From Glycera tridactyla (lineage: Eukaryota): a DNA stretch of 64,000 bases. Location: contig OZ286474.1 in the NCBI GenBank assembly GCA_965644265.1, positions 42,904,001-42,968,000 on the forward strand, given 5' to 3'. The notes below the pieces were generated by a model, which had not been told where the DNA came from, did not search any database, and saw nothing but the letters and a program-made list of their open reading frames with translations. Position numbers and translations under genes: made by a program. Below, in pieces: positions 36,301 to 51,077 of this stretch; the stretch's first letter is position 1, and each line of letters starts with the position of its first letter.

Positions 36301-39300
36301 GATATGTTGAGGATAAAAGGTGATGACAAACATGATCAGAAAGTGAGAGAAGAGGGTAGTGGGAGTTGTTTGTTGCAAGACGTAGTGATGCACTGAACAA
36401 CTTCAACATACTTGACTTTGTTGTCTGCAATCTCTGCCATGTTTGGCTCCATACCTCAAATAATATGGCAGACCATCAAAAGAATTCTTGTATAATGAAA
36501 CCCTAGTATGCTGGTGGGTGCTAATGATGTGCAAGTGGCAGATGCTGGTCTCAGGATTGAATGTCTGAAGGAACAATTACAAACTACTCTCACCCATGAT
36601 GATATAAAGATGATGGTGGTCATCAGAGATACCCTTATCATGGAGCTTGGTAGTTACAGAGCAAGAAGCAATATTGGAAACATAACAGGATGACTTGTCA
36701 TATGGCAGAGATAGGATGCGTGAGATGGCAAATGTTGGTAAATTTATTCAGGAGAAATCAAATAAAGAAGCATTCCTAGTCGACATTTGTGTTCCTGATC
36801 ATTTGAAGAACTTGGGTGCAGCCGCAGTTGGCTGTGGATAGTGCCTTCCCCCAACGCATCAAAGAGGATCTCATGCTGTGTTGTGAAAGGCAACTTCAGC
36901 CAAAGTATTTTCACCAATCAACTTATGATCAAATTAAATTGTTAACTGATATTGAGATAATGTTGTTTGGTCTTTTTGTTTGTTTGGGTTTAACGTCTTT
37001 TCAACCACCTTTGGTTATAGGGTAAAGTGAGAGAAGAGGGTAGTGAGAGTTGTTTGTTGCAAGACGTAGTGATGCGCTGAATAACTTCAACATACTTGAC
37101 ATTGTTGTCTGCAATCTCTGCCATGTTTGGCTCCATACCTCAAATAATATGGCAGACCATCAAAAGAATTCTTGTATAATGAAACCCTAGTATGCTGGTG
37201 GGTGCTAATGATGTGCAAGTGGCAGATGCTGGTCTCAGGATTGAATGTCTGAAGGAACAATTACAAACTACTCTCACCCATGATGATATAAAGATGATAG
37301 TGGTCATCAGAGATACCCTTATCATGGAGCTTGGTAGTTACAGAGCAGGATGCAATATTGGAAACATAACAGGATGACTTGTCATATGGCAGAGATAGGA
37401 TGCTTGAGATGGCAAATATTGGTAAATTTATTCAGCAGAAATCAAATAAAGAAGCATTCCTAGTCGACATTTGTGTTCCTGATCATTTGAAGAACTTGGG
37501 TGCAGCCGCAGTTGGCTGTGGATAGTGCCTTCCCCCAACGCATTAAAGAGGATCTCATGCTGTGTTGTGAAATTAAGGCAACTTTAGCCAAAGTATTTTC
37601 ACCAATCAACTTATGATCAAATTAAATTGTTAACTGATATTGAGATAATGTTGTTTGGTCTTTTTGTTTGTTTGGGTTTAACGTCTTTTCAACCACCTTT
37701 GGTTATAGGGTAAAGTGAGAGAAGAGGGGAGTGAGAGTTGTTTGTTGCAAGACGTAGTGATGCGCTGAATAACTTCAACATACTTGACATTGTTGTCTGC
37801 AATCTCTGCCATGTTTGGCTCCATACCTCAAATAATATGGCAGACCATCAAAAGAATTCTTGTATAATGAAACCCTAGTATGCTGGTGGGTGCTAATGAT
37901 GTGCAAGTGGCAGATGCTGGTCTCAGGATTGAATGTCTGAAGGAACAATTACAAACTACTCTCACCCATGATGATATAAAGATGATAGTGGTCATCAGAG
38001 ATACCCTTATCATGGAGCTTGGTAGTTACAGAGCAGGATGCAATATTGGAAACATAACAGGATGACTTGTCATATGGCAGAGATAGGATGCTTGAGATGG
38101 CAAATATGGGTAAATTTATTCAGGAGAAATCAAATAAAGAAGCATTCCTAGTCGACATTTGTGTTCCTGATCATTTGAAGAACTTGGGTGCAGCCGCAGT
38201 TGGCTGTGGATAGTGCCTTCCCCCAACGCATTAAAGAGGATCTCATGCTGTGTTGTGAAATTAAGGCAACTTTAGCCAAAGTATTTTCACCAATCAACTT
38301 ATGATCAAATTAAATTGTTAACTGATATTGAGATAATGTTGTTTGGTCTTTTTGTTTGTTTGGGTTTAACGTCTTTTCAGCCACCTTTGGTTATAGGGTA
38401 AAGTGAGAGAAGAGGGTAGTGGGAGTTGTTCGTCGCAAGACGTAGTGATGCGCTGAACAACTTCAACATACTTGATATTGTTGTCTGCAATCTCTGCCAT
38501 GTTTGGCTCCATACCTCAGATAATATGGCAGACCATCAAAGAATTCTTGTATAATGAAACCCTAGCATGCTGGTGAGTGCTAACGATGTGCAAATGGCAG
38601 ATGCTGGTCTCAGGATTGAATGTCTAAAGGAACAAGTACAAAATACTCTCACCAATGATGATATAAAAGGGAAAGTGGTCAGAGATAACCTCATCATAGA
38701 GCTTAGTATTTACCGAGCAGAATGCAATATTGGGAACATAAGAGGAAGTCTGCGATATGGCAGAGATAGAATGCGTAAAATGGCAAATGTCATTAAGTTT
38801 ATCCAGGAGGAATCAAATAAACAAGCATTTCTAGTCGACATCCTTGTTCCTGATCAGTTTGAGAACTTGTGTGCAGCCGCAGTTGAGCTGGGCATAGTGC
38901 CTTCCCCCGACGCACTAATTTAGAAGAGGATCTTATGCTGTGTTGTGAATTGAAGGCGACTTCAGCCAAAGTATTTTCACCAATCAACTTATGATCCAAT
39001 TAGATTGACCTAATATTGAGATAATGTTGGTTGTCGGTTTCTTTGGGTTAAACGTCCTTTCAACCAACTTTGGTTATATTGGACTGAAACACATCTGGTG
39101 GCAGTAATGACAGAGGCAGAGGTGGGGGAAGAGGCGAAAATTTCAAAATGCAAAATAGCTCCTCCCCTTCAGGTGAAGGCCAGTCCGGTGGCTCCAGCTA
39201 TGAACCTGATTGATTGAGTATTGTTTAACTTCATCTCGATACCACATGGGTCATTTTAAACTGGCGAATCCTATTGTAGGATGGCATACAAATCATAGTA

Positions 39301-42300
39301 TTCAGAAAGTAATGTCTGGAAACAAATACTGGATTGAAGAATAATAAATAGTTTTTTTTTCTCAATTTTCTTTATGAAAAATGAACTATCAGCTGGAGAA
39401 AGGAGCACGATTGCCAGGGAACTCCCCCTTCTCTTACTGAATAAGTAGGTGTTTGTTTTACGTGTATGTAGCACAGGCATAAATATAAATGGCCGGCCTT
39501 TGTTTCCCAGTCGGCATGCACTGGGTGAGCAGGTCCATAATTCAGAATTTTCGAAAGTCCTATTCGCTTCACATATTTGAAAATATTCCTCGGGCTAACT
39601 TGTTCAAAGAGCTTCTCCATGTCCCTAACATAATATCTGTTTCTTATGTGCTGAAAATCAGCACATTCCAGCGAGATATGTTCAACAGTCAAAAGGCATT
39701 GACAAGCAATGCACTAAGGTTGGTCCTCTTGCCCGAGAATGTAAGAATGTGCGAGATGGAAAAGCAGATTGCCGAAAAAGCAATGTCCATGCTAGATATG
39801 TTGAGAATAAAAGGTGATGACAAACATGATCAGAAAGTGAGAGAAGAGGGTAGTGGGAGTTGTTTGTTGCAAGACGTAGTGATGCATTGAACAACTTCAA
39901 CATACTTGACTTTGTTGTCTGCAATCTCTGCCATGTTTGGCTCCATACCTCAAATAATATGGCAGACCATCAAAAGAATTCTTGTATAATGAAACCCTAG
40001 TATGCTGGTGGGTGCTAATGATGTGCAAGTGGCAGATGCTGGTCTCAGGATTGAATGTCTGAAGGAACAATTACAAACTACTCTCACCCATGATGATATA
40101 AAGATGATAGTGGTCATCAGAGATACCCTTATCATGGAGCTTGGTAGTTACAGAGCAGGATGCAATATTGGAAACATAACAGGATGACTTGTCATATGGC
40201 AGAGATAGGATGCGTGAGATGGCAAATATGGGTAAATTTATTCAGGAGAAATCAAATAAAGAAGCATTCCTAGTCGACATTTGTGTTCCTGATCATTTGA
40301 AGAACTTGGGTGCAGCCGCAGTTGGCTGTGGATAGTGCCTTCCCCCAACGCATTAAAGAGGATCTCATGCTGTGTTGTGAAATTAAGGCAACTTTAGCCA
40401 AAGTATTTTCACCAATCAACTTATGATCAAATTAAATTGTTAACTGATATTGAGATAATGTTGTTTGGTCTTTTTGTTTGTTTGGGTTTAACGTCTTTTC
40501 AGCCACCTTTGGTTATAGGGTAAAGTGAGAGAAGAGGGTAGTGGGAGTTGTTCGTCGCAAGACGTAGTGATGCGCTGAACAACTTCAACATACTTGATAT
40601 TGTTGTCTGCAATCTCTGCCATGTTTGGCTCCATACCTCAGATAATATGGCAGACCATCAAAGAATTCTTGTATAATGAAACCCTAGCATGCTGGTGAGT
40701 GCTAACGATGTGCAAATGGCAGATGCTGGTCTCAGGATTGAATGTCTAAAGGAACAAGTACAAAATACTCTCACCAATGATGATATAAAAGGGAAAGTGG
40801 TCAGAGATAACCTCATCATAGAGCTTAGTATTTACCGAGCAGAATGCAATATTGGGAACATAAGAGGAAGTCTGCGATATGGCAGAGATAGAATGCGTAA
40901 AATGGCAAATGTCATTAAGTTTATCCAGGAGGAATCAAATAAACAAGCATTTCTAGTCGACATCCTTGTTCCTGATCAGTTTGAGAACTTGTGTGCAGCC
41001 GCAGTTGAGCTGGGCATAGTGCCTTCCCCCGACGCACTAATTTAGAAGAGGATCTTATGCTGTGTTGTGAATTGAAGGCGACTTCAGCCAAAGTATTTTC
41101 ACCAATCAACTTATGATCCAATTAGATTGACCTAATATTGAGATAATGTTGGTTGTCGGTTTCTTTGGGTTAAACGTCCTTTCAACCAACTTCGGTTATA
41201 TTGGACTGAAACACATCTGGTGGCAGTAATGACAGAGGCAGAGGTGGGGGAAGAGGCGAAAATTTCAAAATGCAAAATAGCTCCTCCCCTTCAGGTGAAG
41301 GCCAGTCCGGTGGCTCCAGCTATGAACCTGATTGATTGAGTATTGTTTAACTTCATCTCGATACCACATGGGTCATTTTAAACTGGCGAATCCTATTGTA
41401 GGATGGCATACAAATCATAGTATTCAGAAAGTAATGTCTGGAAACAAATACTGGATTGAAGAATAATAAATAGTTTTTTTTTCTCAATTTTCTTTATGAA
41501 AAATGAACTATCAGCTGGAGAAAGGAGCACGATTGCCAGGGAACTCCCCCTTCTCTTACTGAATAAGTAGGTGTTTGTTTTACGTGTATGTAGCACAGGC
41601 ATAAATATAAATGGCCGGCCTTTGTTTCCCAGTCGGCATGCACTGGGTGAGCAGGTCCATAATTCAGAATTTTCGAAAGTCCTATTCGCTTCACATATTT
41701 GAAAATATTCCTCGGGCTAACTTGTTCAAAGAGCTTCTCCATGTCCCTAACATAATATCTGTTTCTTATGTGCTGAAAATCAGCACATTCCAGCGAGATA
41801 TGTTCAACAGTCAAAAGGCATTGACAAGCAATGCACTAAGGTTGGTCCTCTTGCTCGAGAATGTAAGAATGTGCGAGATGGAAAAGCAGATTGCCGAAAA
41901 AGCAATGTCCATGCTAGATATGTTGAGAATAAAAGGTGATGACAAACATGATCAGAAAGTGAGAGAAGAGGGTAGTGGGAGTTGTTTGTTGCAAGACGTA
42001 GTGATGCACTGAACAACTTCAACATACTTGACTTTGTTGTCTGCAATCTCTGCCATGTTTGGCTCCATACCTCAAATAATATGGCAGACCATCAAAAGAA
42101 TTCTTGTATAATGAAACCCTAGTATGCTGGTGGGTGCTAATGATGTGCAAGTGGCAGATGCTGGTCTCAGGATTGAATGTCTGAAGGAACAATTACAAAC
42201 TACTCTCACCCATGATGATATAAAGATGATAGTGGTCATCAGAGATACCCTTATCATGGAGCTTGGTAGTTACAGAGCAGGATGCAATATTGGAAACATA

Positions 42301-45300
42301 ACAGGATGACTTGTCATATGGCAGAGATAGGATGCGTGAGATGGCAAATGTTGGTAAATTTATTCAGCAGAAATCAAATAAAGAAGCATTCCTAGTCGAC
42401 ATTTGTGTTCCTGATCATTTGAAGAACTTGGGTGCAGCCGCAGTTGGCTGTGGATAGTGCCTTCCCCCAACGCATTAAAGAGGATCTCATGCTGTGTTGT
42501 GAAATTAAGGCAACTTTAGCCAAAGTATTTTCACCAATCAACTTATGATCAAATTAAATTGTTAACTGATATTGAGATAATGTTGTTTGGTCTTTTTGTT
42601 TGTTTGGGTTTAACGTCTTTTCAACCACCTTTGGTTATAGGGTAAAGTGAGAGAAGAGGGTAGTGGGAGTTGTTCATCGCAAGACGTAGTGATGCGCTGA
42701 ACAACTTCAACATACTTGACATTGTTGTCTGCAATCTCTGCCATGTTTGGCTCCATACCTCAGATAATATGGCAGACCATCAAAGAATTCTTGTATAATG
42801 AAACCCTAGCATGCTGGTGAGTGCTAACGATGTGCAAGTGGCAGATGCTGGTCTCAGGATTGAATGTCTAAAGGAACAAGTACAAAATACTCTCACCAAT
42901 GATGATATAAAAGGGAAAGTGGTCAGAGATGACCTCATCATGGAGCTTAGTATTTACCGAGCAGAATGCAATATTGGGAACATAAGAGGAAGTCTGCGAT
43001 ATGGCAGAGATAGAATGCATAAAATGGCAAATGTCATTAAGTTTATCCAGGAGGAATCAAATAAACAAGCATTTCTAGTCGACATCCTTGTTCCTGATCA
43101 GTTTGAGAACTTGTGTGCAGCCGCAGTTGAGCTGGGCATAGTGCCTTCCCCCGACGCACTAATTTAGAAGAGGATCTTATGCTGTGTTGTGAATTGAAGG
43201 CGACTTCAGCCAAAGTATTTTCACCAATCAACTTATGATCCAATTAAATTGACCTAATATTGAGATAATGTTGGTTGTCGGTTCCTTTGGGTTAAACGTC
43301 CTTTCAACCAACTTCGGTTATATTGGACTGAAACACATCTGGTGGCAGTAATGACAGAGGCAGAGGTGGGGGAAGAGGCGAAAATTTCAAAATGCAAAAT
43401 AGCTCCTCCCCTTCAGGTGAAGGCCAGTCCGGTGGCTCCAGCTATGAACCTGATTGATTGAATATTGTTTAACTTCATCTCGATACCACATGGGTCATTT
43501 TAAACTGGCGAATCCTTTTGTAGGATGGCATACAAATCATAGTATTCAGAAAGTAATGTCTGGAAACAAATACTGGATTGAAGAATAATAAATAGTTTTT
43601 TTTTCTCAATTTTCTTTATGAAAAATGAACTATCAGCTGGAGAAAGGAGCACGATTGCCAGGGAACTCCCCCTTCTCTTACTGAATAAGTAGGTGTTTGT
43701 TTCACGTGTATGTAGCACAGGCATAAATATAAATGGCCGGCCTTTGTTTCCCAGTCGGCATGCACTGGGTGAGCATGTCCATAATTCAGAATTTTCGAAA
43801 GTCCTATTCGCTTCACATATTTGAAAATATTCCTCGGGCTAACTTGTTCAAAGAGCTTCTCCATGTCCCTAACATAATATCTGTTTCTTATGTGCTGAAA
43901 ATCAGCACATTCCAGCGAGATATGTTCAACAGTCAAAAGGCATTGACAAGCAATGCACTAAGGTTGGTCCTCTTGCTCGAGAATGTAGGAATGTGCGAGA
44001 TGGAAAAGCAGATTGCCGAAAAAGCAATGTCCATGCTAGATATGTTGAGAATAAAAGGTGATGACAAACATGATCAGAAAGTGAGAGAAGAGGGTAGTGG
44101 GAGTTGTTTGTTGCAAGACGTAGTGATGCACTGAACAACTTCAACATACTTGACTTTGTTGTCTGCAATCTCTGCCATGTTTGGCTCCATACCTCAAATA
44201 ATATGGCAGACCATCAAAAGAATTCTTGTATAATGAAACCCTAGTATGCTGGTGGGTGCTAATGATGTGCAAGTGGCAGATGCTGGTCTCAGGATTGAAT
44301 GTCTGAAGGAACAATTACAAACTACTCTCACCCATGATGATATAAAGATGATAGTGGTCATCAGAGATACCCTTATCATGGAGCCAGGTAGTTACTGAGC
44401 AGGATGCAATATTGGAAACATAACAGGATGACTTGTCATATGGCAGAGATAGGATGCGTAAGATGGCAAATGTTGGTAAATTCATTCAGGAGAAATCAAA
44501 TAAAGAAGCATTCCTAGTCGACATTTGTGTTCCTGATCAGTTGAAGAACTTGTCATGTTTCAATTAAATTGTGACCTAATATTGAGAGGATGTTCGTCTG
44601 TTTGTTTGTTTTGGTTTAACGTCTTTCCAACCACCTTTGGTTATATCTGTGTTTAGTGGTATTTCGTTTGCTTGTTTGAATATACGTGGCCTAGTGAAAT
44701 GTATTGTTGACATCAGAGAATATTTACAACAGGGCAAAATCCTAGTATATCTGATGACTTCCTACAAGTACCCAATTACACCCTCTATTGGCTTGATAGA
44801 ACTCCTGACTCAGGTAAAACCTCCGGAGGAGATACTCATTTTTACTCCCTTGATCATTATTGCTTTAACTTGGAGTCACAATGGAATCTGATTACCAAAG
44901 ACGTCGAAACGACATGGTGTACACTCACTTTGCCGCATACACGAACCACTTATGTATGCCTCGTATATCGGCCACCAGATGGCAGCGGACAAAATGCCCT
45001 TTAATTGCTTGAGCTCCAATTCAGTGAGATTACAGTGACAGCCTCAGACATCTGGGTACTGAGGGATCTGAACCTTGATTTATTAGCCCACTTTTCAGCT
45101 GCCACCAAATATGAGAACCATCTGGAAATTTACAACGTGGACCAGGTGGTAAAGGAACCCACAAGAACTACTCTGACATCTCGAACACTCATTGACCATG
45201 TTATCATAAAGCATGCTGATTTATGTAAGGTACCGGAAGTACTTGACTTAGGTCTTGAGTGCCCATGCCCTGACCTTCGTTATTAGAAAAAAGAAAATCT

Positions 45301-46365
45301 GTAAAAGAACTGCACTATGTAAAAATATGAAGTTATCGAGATGTGAATGTGGATAGCTTGAACCTTGCTATTTCAAACTTTGATTGATCGACCTTCTATC
45401 ACGAAACCTGTGTTGACAAGGCAACTGATACATTTAATGCCAACATCTTGAACACGTGTGACTCGTTTCGCCCCTGGAAGAGGGGTCGGCCTCGAGATGA
45501 CTCCCGGCTGAATTACAGGTGATTTCCTCAGTCACATTGATAATAGGGGATACCTCAGCCAGCAATTTTGGCTGAATTACACCCCTCCTAATGCTGATAG
45601 AAAGAAGAAAGCCCAATGCTTGACTAATCGGTTAAAGCAGCAACTACAACGTTCCTATATAAAGAACGAATTATCTGATGCATCAGGAGATTCAAAAAGT
45701 ATTGGCGGGTTATGGGGAAATTTGGGCAAAGTGGGAAGGGGAAGAATTAGATATCAAAAATCAACAATACCAGTGACCCTGTGGAAATTGCAGACTCATT
45801 AAATGTATATTTCAGCAATGTGGGCCAGAAAATGAATGAATCCATGCCAGACGATGTAAAGTGTGATACTGATGCCAATGTGAATCCGATTATCGATACA
45901 AATTTCAGTTTTAAACCATCTGATTTTCCGGATATTGATAAAGTGTTTATGAAACTCACTGGATCTAAGAGCAGTGGCAATGATGGGCTCCCGCCGACAG
46001 TTCTTAAGTGCCACTTGAAGTGGATACTGCCATTTAAAGTGGATACTGCCATTTGCAGGAGCCCTCATCAAGCACGTATTTGATCTAAGCATAGCGACTT
46101 CCACTTTTCCCAGCTTGTGGAAAAACGGAGTTATTTCCCCGCTTCATGAGGAAGTTGACAGAAGTGACCCTTCTAATTATAGGCCAATTACTGTTCTAAC
46201 CCCCATTAGAAAGATTTTCGAGTGATTATTGCACAACCTGCTACATGATTATCTCGAGCGAATGGATATTCTTTGTATAGAGCAAGCGGGGTTCAGGAAG
46301 CACCACTCTACTATGAGCTACCTTCAGTTCTTGAATAAAATTTACCCGGGTCTGGAGCAGGGTGT

Positions 46366-46570
46366 TTGTTTGTTTGAGTTTAACGTCACTTACATCCGCT
46401 TGGGTTATATCGGACTGAAAAAACTGAAAATGCTGAAGAAAAGAGTCACTGCCTGCCGGGGGCCATCCCTACTCTTTGTGAAAGACGGCAGTGAATCTTT
46501 AACGTACGTAAAGGAAAAGGCTCCTAAATACATGGCTAGTCTTTGATATCCCAGTCGGCATACACTGGGT
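46366..46570 (-). mobile_element. Family-B short retroposon with TSD, inserted in the CR1-like RT
   Basis: Flanks ggagcagggtgt (46354-65) and ggagcaggggtgt (46571-83); the element ends exactly at the cccagtg.atgccgactggg hairpin. Confidence 0.9.
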
Positions 46571-46885
46571 GGAGCAGGGGTGTCCCAGTGGAGTGCTCTT
46601 CCTGGACCTCCGCAAAGCTTTTGATACTGTCAATCATGAAAATGTATTCATCAAACTGAAGCACATGGGCCTGAGCCCACGAGCTACAGACTGGATCCAA
46701 TCTTATCCCAAGAGACCCAACTTCCTGGTCGAGCAAACATTATCTTGGACCCCTTGCAAGTGAATTGTGCAGTGCCCCGGGGATCCATCCTTGGGCCTCT
46801 ACTGTTCACAGCCAACATAAATGATATGCAAAGCCTTTTTACTGACACGTCCACTTGTATGCAGATGATACTGCCTTATCCTATA

Positions 46886-48599
46886 CTGTTTGTTTGTTTG
46901 TTTGTTTGTTTAAGTTTAACGTCACTTAAACCCACTTGGGTTATATCGGACTGAAAAACTGAAAATGCTGAAGAAAAGAGTCACTGCCTGCCGGGGGCCG
47001 TCCCTACTCTTTGCGAAAGACAGCAGTGGATCTTTAACGTGCGTCAAGGAAAAGACTCCTATCAACACCGCCGGCCTTTGATATCCCAGTCGGCATGCAC
47101 TGGGTTAGCATGCACACAATTCATATTTGTCTAAATATTCCCAATTCATGCAAATAATCAAATATGTCTGTTGGATCGATTTTCATGAAAAGTTGCGTCA
47201 TATTTTCAACATTGTAATACTTTACTCTAGTTTGCGATAGTTTTCTACAGTCGAGCAATATATGTTTAACTGTGAGATGGCATCCGCATGCAAAGCAATT
47301 AGGATTGCCTTGTTTTTTCAGAAGGTGTGAATGGGTGAGATATGTATGTCCTATCCTCAGACGGGAAAGTACTATCTCCTCTCTTCTATTCATAGTTCTC
47401 ACAGGGAATCTGTCCTCAAGTTTTGGTCTGATGCGATATAATTTATTTTGCTTTTTGGTTCCCCATTCATTCTGCCAGAGTTGGTCAATATAGAGCTTTA
47501 TTCTTGGTTTGAAGTCTGAATTATGGATTTCCATCTCAGTGACTGGCAAACCTAGAGCCCTTTTGGCCGCTTTATCGGCTGCCTCATTTCCAGGAATTCC
47601 GATATGGCTCGGAATCCAGCAAAGTCTAACAGTCTTGATGATCTTTGATTTTTTGATACTCTTGCAAGATTTGCAAGAGTATACAGTTCCTGAGATTTCC
47701 CTGCAAGGCCTGCAGAGATGACAGGGAGTCTGTGAAAATTATGAACTTTTGTTTTTCCGACCTTGATAAGTATTTGAAAGCCATTAGTAAGGCCCTCAGT
47801 TCAGCTGAGAACACTGTCGACCAATCAGGTAATCTGCAATAATAAGTTTGTGATTCTGCATAAACAGCTGCAGATGCTTTGCTGTCACATTTGGATCCAT
47901 CCGTGAAGATGGCCTCATGATCACTATAACGTGACCTAATCTCTAGGTATCTACTTTTGTATAGCGATGGGTTGGTGTTCTCCTTTGTGGAGTGAGTCAA
48001 GTCTAGATGTATTTGTGGAATGTCACAGTTCCAGTCCGCAATCTGAGCAGGATCCATCTGTGATATTGGGAGTGTGTCAGTCACAACTTCCAAAGTGATT
48101 TTCGAATCTTATTCCAAGAGGAGCAATGACGTTGGGGTTTTCTTGAAATTCCTCTTTACATTTTGGCCTGAAGACACTCTGATGTGTTGGATTCGATGGG
48201 TTTGCTTTCAATTTCAGACAATACTGGAGACCTAACTTTATCCTTCGTAGATGAAGTGAAGGTTCATTGGCTTCCACATGGAGGCTTTCAGTAGGTGATG
48301 TCCGAAAAGCTCGGAGGCATATGCATAAAGCTTGGTCATGGACTGTATCAAGCATTTTGAGGTTGGTTGGGCATGCAGAGCCGTAAATCACGCACCCATA
48401 ATCCAATTTAGATCGAATAAGAGATCTGTAAACCATGAGCAGGGTCTCCCGGTCAGCTCCCCAGTCCAGGTGGGATAGCACCTTCAGCATGTCAAGTGCC
48501 CGCAGGCATTTGACTTTGAGTTGCTGAATATGGGGTTTGAAAGTCAATCGTCGGTCAAAGACCAGGCCTAGAAACTTTGTTTGTTCCACAACTGGTATT
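46886..48599 (-). mobile_element. 5'-truncated second copy of the I/Nimb-type LINE (end of RT, RNase H, 3' UTR)
   Basis: ORFs 47121-47549, 47626-48093 and 48077-48622 are nearly identical in protein to 30516-32150; (CAAA)n tail at ~46886. Confidence 0.95.
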
Positions 48600-49384
48600 A
48601 CCTCCAACTCACCTATGAACATGCAAAACGTATATAATGATAATCTTGCCTTGGTTGTATAGAAACAAGCTAATGCTTAACGTTAAAAAAATCATTATCA
48701 TTGGATTCAACGCTCGAGGAGCTAAGGTTCGGAACCAGCTCAGCAACCCCTGAAGGAATCACCTCCTATTGACGTGTTTAAGGAAACGATCAAATCCCCC
48801 TGGGAGCTAGTAAATATGTAACGTCTTTGTCATGTTCTGTGCTTGCAGAATGTAAGAATGTGAGAGGAAGCATGACACAACTCCAGTCTCCTGTTCCACC
48901 ATATTGTATTGTCTTACTAAAAGCGCCACCTCCTGGACTATCGTACAATCGCATCATCGCTACCATGAACGACAAATGTATCAAAAGTCAAGATCACCAC
49001 ACAATATATGACATATCTCCCCCTTATGGATGAGTAAACATGTATACAAATATTCATCTCTTAGAAACAAGTTATCATGTAGGCCTATGAATATTCAATG
49101 AGAAGGTAACATTTCAGACATCTAACATATTGGAAATATTAGAACATTGCCTGAGAATATATTTGAGAAATGATATCTAAGAGGGGTGAAAATCGTGTGG
49201 AATCTGAAATCCTTGACAACATGCACCATCATATCATTTTGTTGACCCTTGTATTTGACTGAAACAGAACATTTCCCTAGAATAGGGACCAATTCACCTG
49301 TATAAGTACGTAATCTAGTTGAACTGGAATCCAATACTGGCAATGAGCTTTTCAGTTTCTCGTATGTAAGTTCATTGATTAGAG

Positions 49385-50362
49385 TCAATTGGCACCCGTA
49401 TCAACCTCAAACGTAGTAGACAACTTGTTCAAATCAATATCAACAATAATAGGATCCCTATCAAGCTGAACACTTGTATGAAACAAATCATCATAGGTGT
49501 TTGGTGAATACTCCTCAAGTAAATCAGCATCATCCTCAGAGTCATCCAAATGATGTGTTTTTTTGGAGCCAGACTTGCTCTGAGGCTTGGAATGTCCCAA
49601 CCTAGCTAAGCAAACCTTTTCAATGTGACCTATCTTCTTGCAATAAGAACACTTTGTACCTTTGTGTTTACAAACATGCTGGTCATTGTAAGACTCGCCA
49701 CACCGCAAACACTTTGACCGAAGACTCTCAGGAATGAACCCTGATTTTGACCTAGAATCAAATTGAGATTGTCTCCTTGAATCTTGACGTGATTTCTGCT
49801 TGAAAATGTGCACGGAAGCTTGACTTGCATTACGAATATCAGCTGTATTTTTCGCAGCTGATTCCATAGCTTGAGCTAACTCGTAAGACCTCTTGAATGT
49901 CAGATCAGACTCGGATAACAATCGTCTCTGGATCGCCTCGTTGTTCATGCCTGCAAGGACACGGTCACGAAGCTGGTCATCCAAATCCTGGAAGTTGCAG
50001 TTTTGGGCAATACCCCGGAGAGCAGCAACATATTCAGCAACAGTCTCATTCTGTTCACGAACACGTTTATGGAACCGGAATCTCTCCACGATGGGCGAAG
50101 GTTTTGGCTGGTAAAACGTAGCCACTGCATCTGCAATTTCCTTGAAGGTTTTTGTGTTTGGTTTGTCAGGAGAGAGAAGTTTCTTGATAATAGCGTAAGT
50201 TTTTGCACCACACACACTGAGTAAGATGGCACGTCTCTTAATGAGATCATCGCCTTCATCACCGATGTCATTCGCGATAAAATATTCTTCAAGACGCTCG
50301 ACATAATCTGTCCATTTCTCAGTATCGAGTGAATACTCTTCTAACCTACCAAACGTAGCCAT
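49385..50362 (-). CDS. Gypsy gag (with CCHC knuckle) running into the aspartic protease DTG motif
   Basis: MATFGRLEEY...WTDYVERLEEYFIAN...RAILLSVCG...ERFRFHKR...LRDRVLAG...CSYCKKIGHIEKVC...FEVDTGA. A 1-bp frameshift follows DTG; the protease continues in the 49122-49388 frame and is cut at ~49205. Confidence 0.9.
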   Translation of the reverse strand: MATFGRLEEYSLDTEKWTDYVERLEEYFIANDIGDEGDDLIKRRAILLSVCGAKTYAIIKKLLSPDKPNTKTFKEIADAVATFYQPKPSPIVERFRFHKRVREQNETVAEYVAALRGIAQNCNFQDLDDQLRDRVLAGMNNEAIQRRLLSESDLTFKRSYELAQAMESAAKNTADIRNASQASVHIFKQKSRQDSRRQSQFDSRSKSGFIPESLRSKCLRCGESYNDQHVCKHKGTKCSYCKKIGHIEKVCLARLGHSKPQSKSGSKKTHHLDDSEDDADLLEEYSPNTYDDLFHTSVQLDRDPIIVDIDLNKLSTTFEVDTGAN

Positions 50363-51077
50363 CTTCGAAGTCATCGACACTACACACACATAAAGTAGAA
50401 AGTAGACGTAGAAATAACGCACCATGTGACGTAGAACGTAGATGCAGAAACGACACACCATGTGGCATATAAAGTATATGTAATTAAATGTACTAGTCAC
50501 CTGGTTGGTCACATACGCGAACTGACTCACACATGAGATGACACTGAAGATAACTCGAATCCACATGTGCAGTTTGGAATTTGCACTTAAGACACAATTG
50601 ACCAACTTCGACATGGAGTATTCTGGATGTTGAAGTGGTTGACTTCTGCAACTTGAAGATTATCACACAAGGATGCGTGGTTGAAATGTATACTGGATAC
50701 ACTGGATGCTTGTCACTTGACCGGTTGACAGGTTGAATCTATGTTGGCTCGACTGCATGATAGACACTTGACAGGTTGACAGACTGCAATGTTGCCAAAT
50801 AGAAATGTACTTTTGACAGCAACATCTTGTGTGAAATTGGGCAGAATAACAACTTGACTGGATACTGGATATCGAGTAATTGAATGTCTGACTCGAACAA
50901 AGTCATTTGGAGGTCGAAACTGACTGGATGGAAGTGGCTCTGACTGGACTGGAGCACATGGCCTGAACATGTGCTGACATCACCAAGGTCAAAACTCGCT
51001 CAAAATGTCACCTTTCCAAAGACTACACCTGGATATGGAGGCTGTACTTGTTCCCTGTCTTCTTAGGATCAAGTTCC

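Larger units (their letters stand above)
22243..44645. repeat. Higher-order tandem array of long (~1,435 bp) and short (~682-688 bp) units sharing a core, interrupted by the LINE at 23512-32378
   Basis: Core anchor (MLVGANDVQ codons) at 22462, 32957, 34392, 35074, 36508, 37192, 37880, 38567, 40002, 40689, 42124, 42811, 44246. Spacings are 1435 (after removing inserts), 1435, 682, 1434, 684, 688, 687, 1435, 687, 1435, 687, 1435. Confidence 0.95.

Noticed and set aside
50363-50614. N-terminal extension of the gag ORF (MSKLVNC...)
   Set aside because: Low-complexity leader; the family-typical start is MATFG at 50362.
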